DNA from: Fonticula alba ATCC 38817
Taxonomy: Eukaryota; Protista; Nucleariida
DNA length: 64,000 bases
NCBI GenBank assembly: GCA_000388065.2
Contig: KB932201.1
Strand: one strand, 5' to 3'
Position numbers and translations under genes: made by a program
In this document: positions 62,136-64,000 of the stretch, piece by piece
How positions within the stretch are numbered: the first letter of the stretch is position 1
How the letters are laid out: every line of letters starts with the position of its first letter
The notes under the pieces: generated by a model
Told to the model about the DNA's origin: nothing
Seen by the model: the letters and a program-made list of their open reading frames with translations, nothing else
The model's database searches: none

Positions 62136-62167
62136 GTCTTCTTCTTCCTTCGCCTTTCTCTTTTTGG
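62136..62167 (+). promoter_or_regulatory. Pyrimidine-rich putative TSS/5'TOP-like tract upstream of the SERBP1-like gene
   Basis: An almost pure C/T run 35-65 bp upstream of the ATG, with an ATTGG (reverse CCAAT) at about 62037. This role is inferred. Confidence 0.25.
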
Positions 62168-62200
62168 CAAGGTCGTCGTTGCGAGTGAGTGACAGGCACC

Positions 62201-63767
62201 ATGTCCCATTTCGCCGCCAACCGCTTCGCTCTCCTTAGCGATGACTCCGGCTCCTTCGCCGCGAAGCCCGCTCCTAAGGCTGCTCCCGCCGTCGAGGCTG
62301 CCCCGGCTGCTGCCCCCAAGCCCCGTGGCAACCGCGCCTCCGGCCCCCGCACTGGCGCCCGTACGTCCTCCCCTCTCCCTCGCCTCTGCGGCGTGCTGTT
62401 GTTCCCTCATTTCCGGCATGCCTCTTTTGCCCCCTCCTCTTCACTTCCGCCGCTGCGCCCGGGCATTTCCGCAATGACCACCACCTGTCGTGAACTCTCC
62501 TGCGTGGCTTTGTCACTGTCATTGTCCTAGGCACACATGTCAAGCTCCAGGTGGCGATGGTGGACGCTGTCCGCGGGGGGACGCTCATGCACGCGGGGGC
62601 GTCGAGTCCGCACCCCGGGGGCGGGCCGCGTTTCGTGGTGTTCCGGCCGGGGAAGGGCTGATCCTTTCTCGTTCGGATGCCACTTTGCGTTCTTGCATCC
62701 GTTGTATTCGTCTTCCCCAGCTGGCCGGGGGGGGGAACGTATCGCCTTTTTTCCCGCCAAAACATGCCCGCTAACCTGCCTGCTTTGTGGCTCCCTTCTC
62801 CTCTCTCCTCCTCCGACTCACGCGCGGGGTCGTCGCTCGCACGCACCACAGCCCGCGCCCCCAAGTCCACCGCCGCTGAGGGCGAGATCAACGCTCAGCT
62901 CGGTGAGCGCCCCCCCCGTGCCAACCGCGACCCCGCCCGCCGCACCAACAACCGGTGTGTATTCCCCTCAATCGCCCGCCCTCCGCTCGCCTTTTTTTTC
63001 CGTCCGCGCGCGCGCCGCCTTCTGGTGACTGACACATGCATGGTCCTGTTTCCTCCCCCTCTCTCTCCCCTTCTCCCTCAGCGCTGGTCAGGTTGCTCGC
63101 GGTGGCCGTGAGTTCGATCGCCACTCCGCCCCCCGCCAGTACGTCGCCCCCTGGCACGCGCACATACGCCTTCCCCTTTGCTTTTGTGTGTGCTGACCAA
63201 CGACCAACCTCCCTTCCTGTACGCACATCTCTCGCTCTCTCTCTCTCGGCCCCCGGTGTTTTCCCGCCCGCGCGCGTGCCCGTTCACAGCCAGTCCCAGA
63301 AGTCCATGACCCACGGTAAGGGCAACTGGGGCAACGTCGACATGGAGAAGACCGCCGCTGGCGAGACTCCCGCTGCCGACGCTGCTGATGCCACCGCCGA
63401 GGTCCCCGCCACCGAGGAGGTTGCCAAGCCCAAGGAGGAGGAGGTCGACGACTCCCTCACCCTTGACGACTTCAAGGCCACCCTTGCCAAGCCCACCTAC
63501 GAGGTTGCCCCCGCCCGCAAGGCCAACCAGGGCTCCAAGCTCGGCGACGTCACCGTCCTCAAGTCCTCCATCCTGAAGACCGAGGCCGCCCCCAAGGCCG
63601 AGGCCGCCCCCAAGAAGAAGACCCAGGCCAAGTCCGTCGTCCTCGACTTCGGTGCCCCCACCTACACCCCCGAGCGCCCGACCCACGGCAAGAAGCACGG
63701 CAACCATGCTTCCAACCCCGCCTCGGTCAACCTCAAGGATGAGGAGCTCTTCCCCTCCCTCCACTAA
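62201..63767 (+). CDS. SERBP1/HABP4/Stm1-family RNA- and ribosome-binding protein; 4 exons
   Basis: N-terminal NRFALLSDD, GGREFDRHS, HGKGNWG, LTLDDFKA and C-terminal NLKDEELFPSL*. These are the conserved HABP4_PAI-RBP1/Stm1 blocks. Codon bias is strongly C/G-ending. Confidence 0.88.
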
Positions 63768-64000
63768 GTGCGCACACCTCCGCCCCTTTCCCTCCCTCTC
63801 CTCCGCCCCCTTCTCTCGTTCGTCGTCCCCCCCCTCCCTGCTGACAGGGAGGCTCCCTGGGGGGGGGCGCGGAGCTCTGAGAGAGACGGGTGGGTCCGGG
63901 GGGCAGGCGCCGAGGGCAGGGTGCTGTCGTGTCCGCGTGTCTCCCGCCGCGCGCATCCATACATGCGTGTGTGTGTGTGTGTGCATCCCCTTTCTCTCCT

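Overview
This is eukaryotic nuclear DNA: GC-rich, intron-rich, full of (GA)n, (CA)n and (GC)n microsatellites and G/C homopolymers, with many N-gaps that mostly abut G or C runs (an Illumina-type draft). The gene set suggests a unicellular, probably opisthokont-like protist; a Fonticula-type organism is only a guess. By joining ORF fragments across GT-AG introns I can support 15 protein-coding genes. In order: myristoylated copine/RGLG-type vWA protein (-), Rab14 (-), pyrroline-5-carboxylate reductase (-), Beclin-1/Atg6 (-), RPL26 (+), U1-70K (-), YIPF6 (-), PiT/SLC20 phosphate transporter (+), Arc1p/AIMP1-like tRNA-synthetase cofactor (-), Hippo/MST1-2 kinase (+), an intronless polyQ orphan (-), a very large RNI-like-LRR + PP2C phosphatase (-), a GBP1-like guanylate-binding protein (+), a MARVEL tetraspan protein (+), and a SERBP1/HABP4/Stm1-family protein (+). 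I found no tRNA, rRNA, snRNA, transposase or CRISPR array. The most notable points are: about 60 inferred splice donors follow GT-N-C-G-Y with no +4 A; an LRR-PP2C with a ~310-aa insertion inside the catalytic domain; an animal-type GBP; a Hippo kinase with no visible SARAH domain; a long structured RPL26 intron; and two intronic 14-bp minisatellites sharing a core. Gene models are manual and some exons are hidden in gaps. No database searches were run, so family assignments come from recognising motifs.
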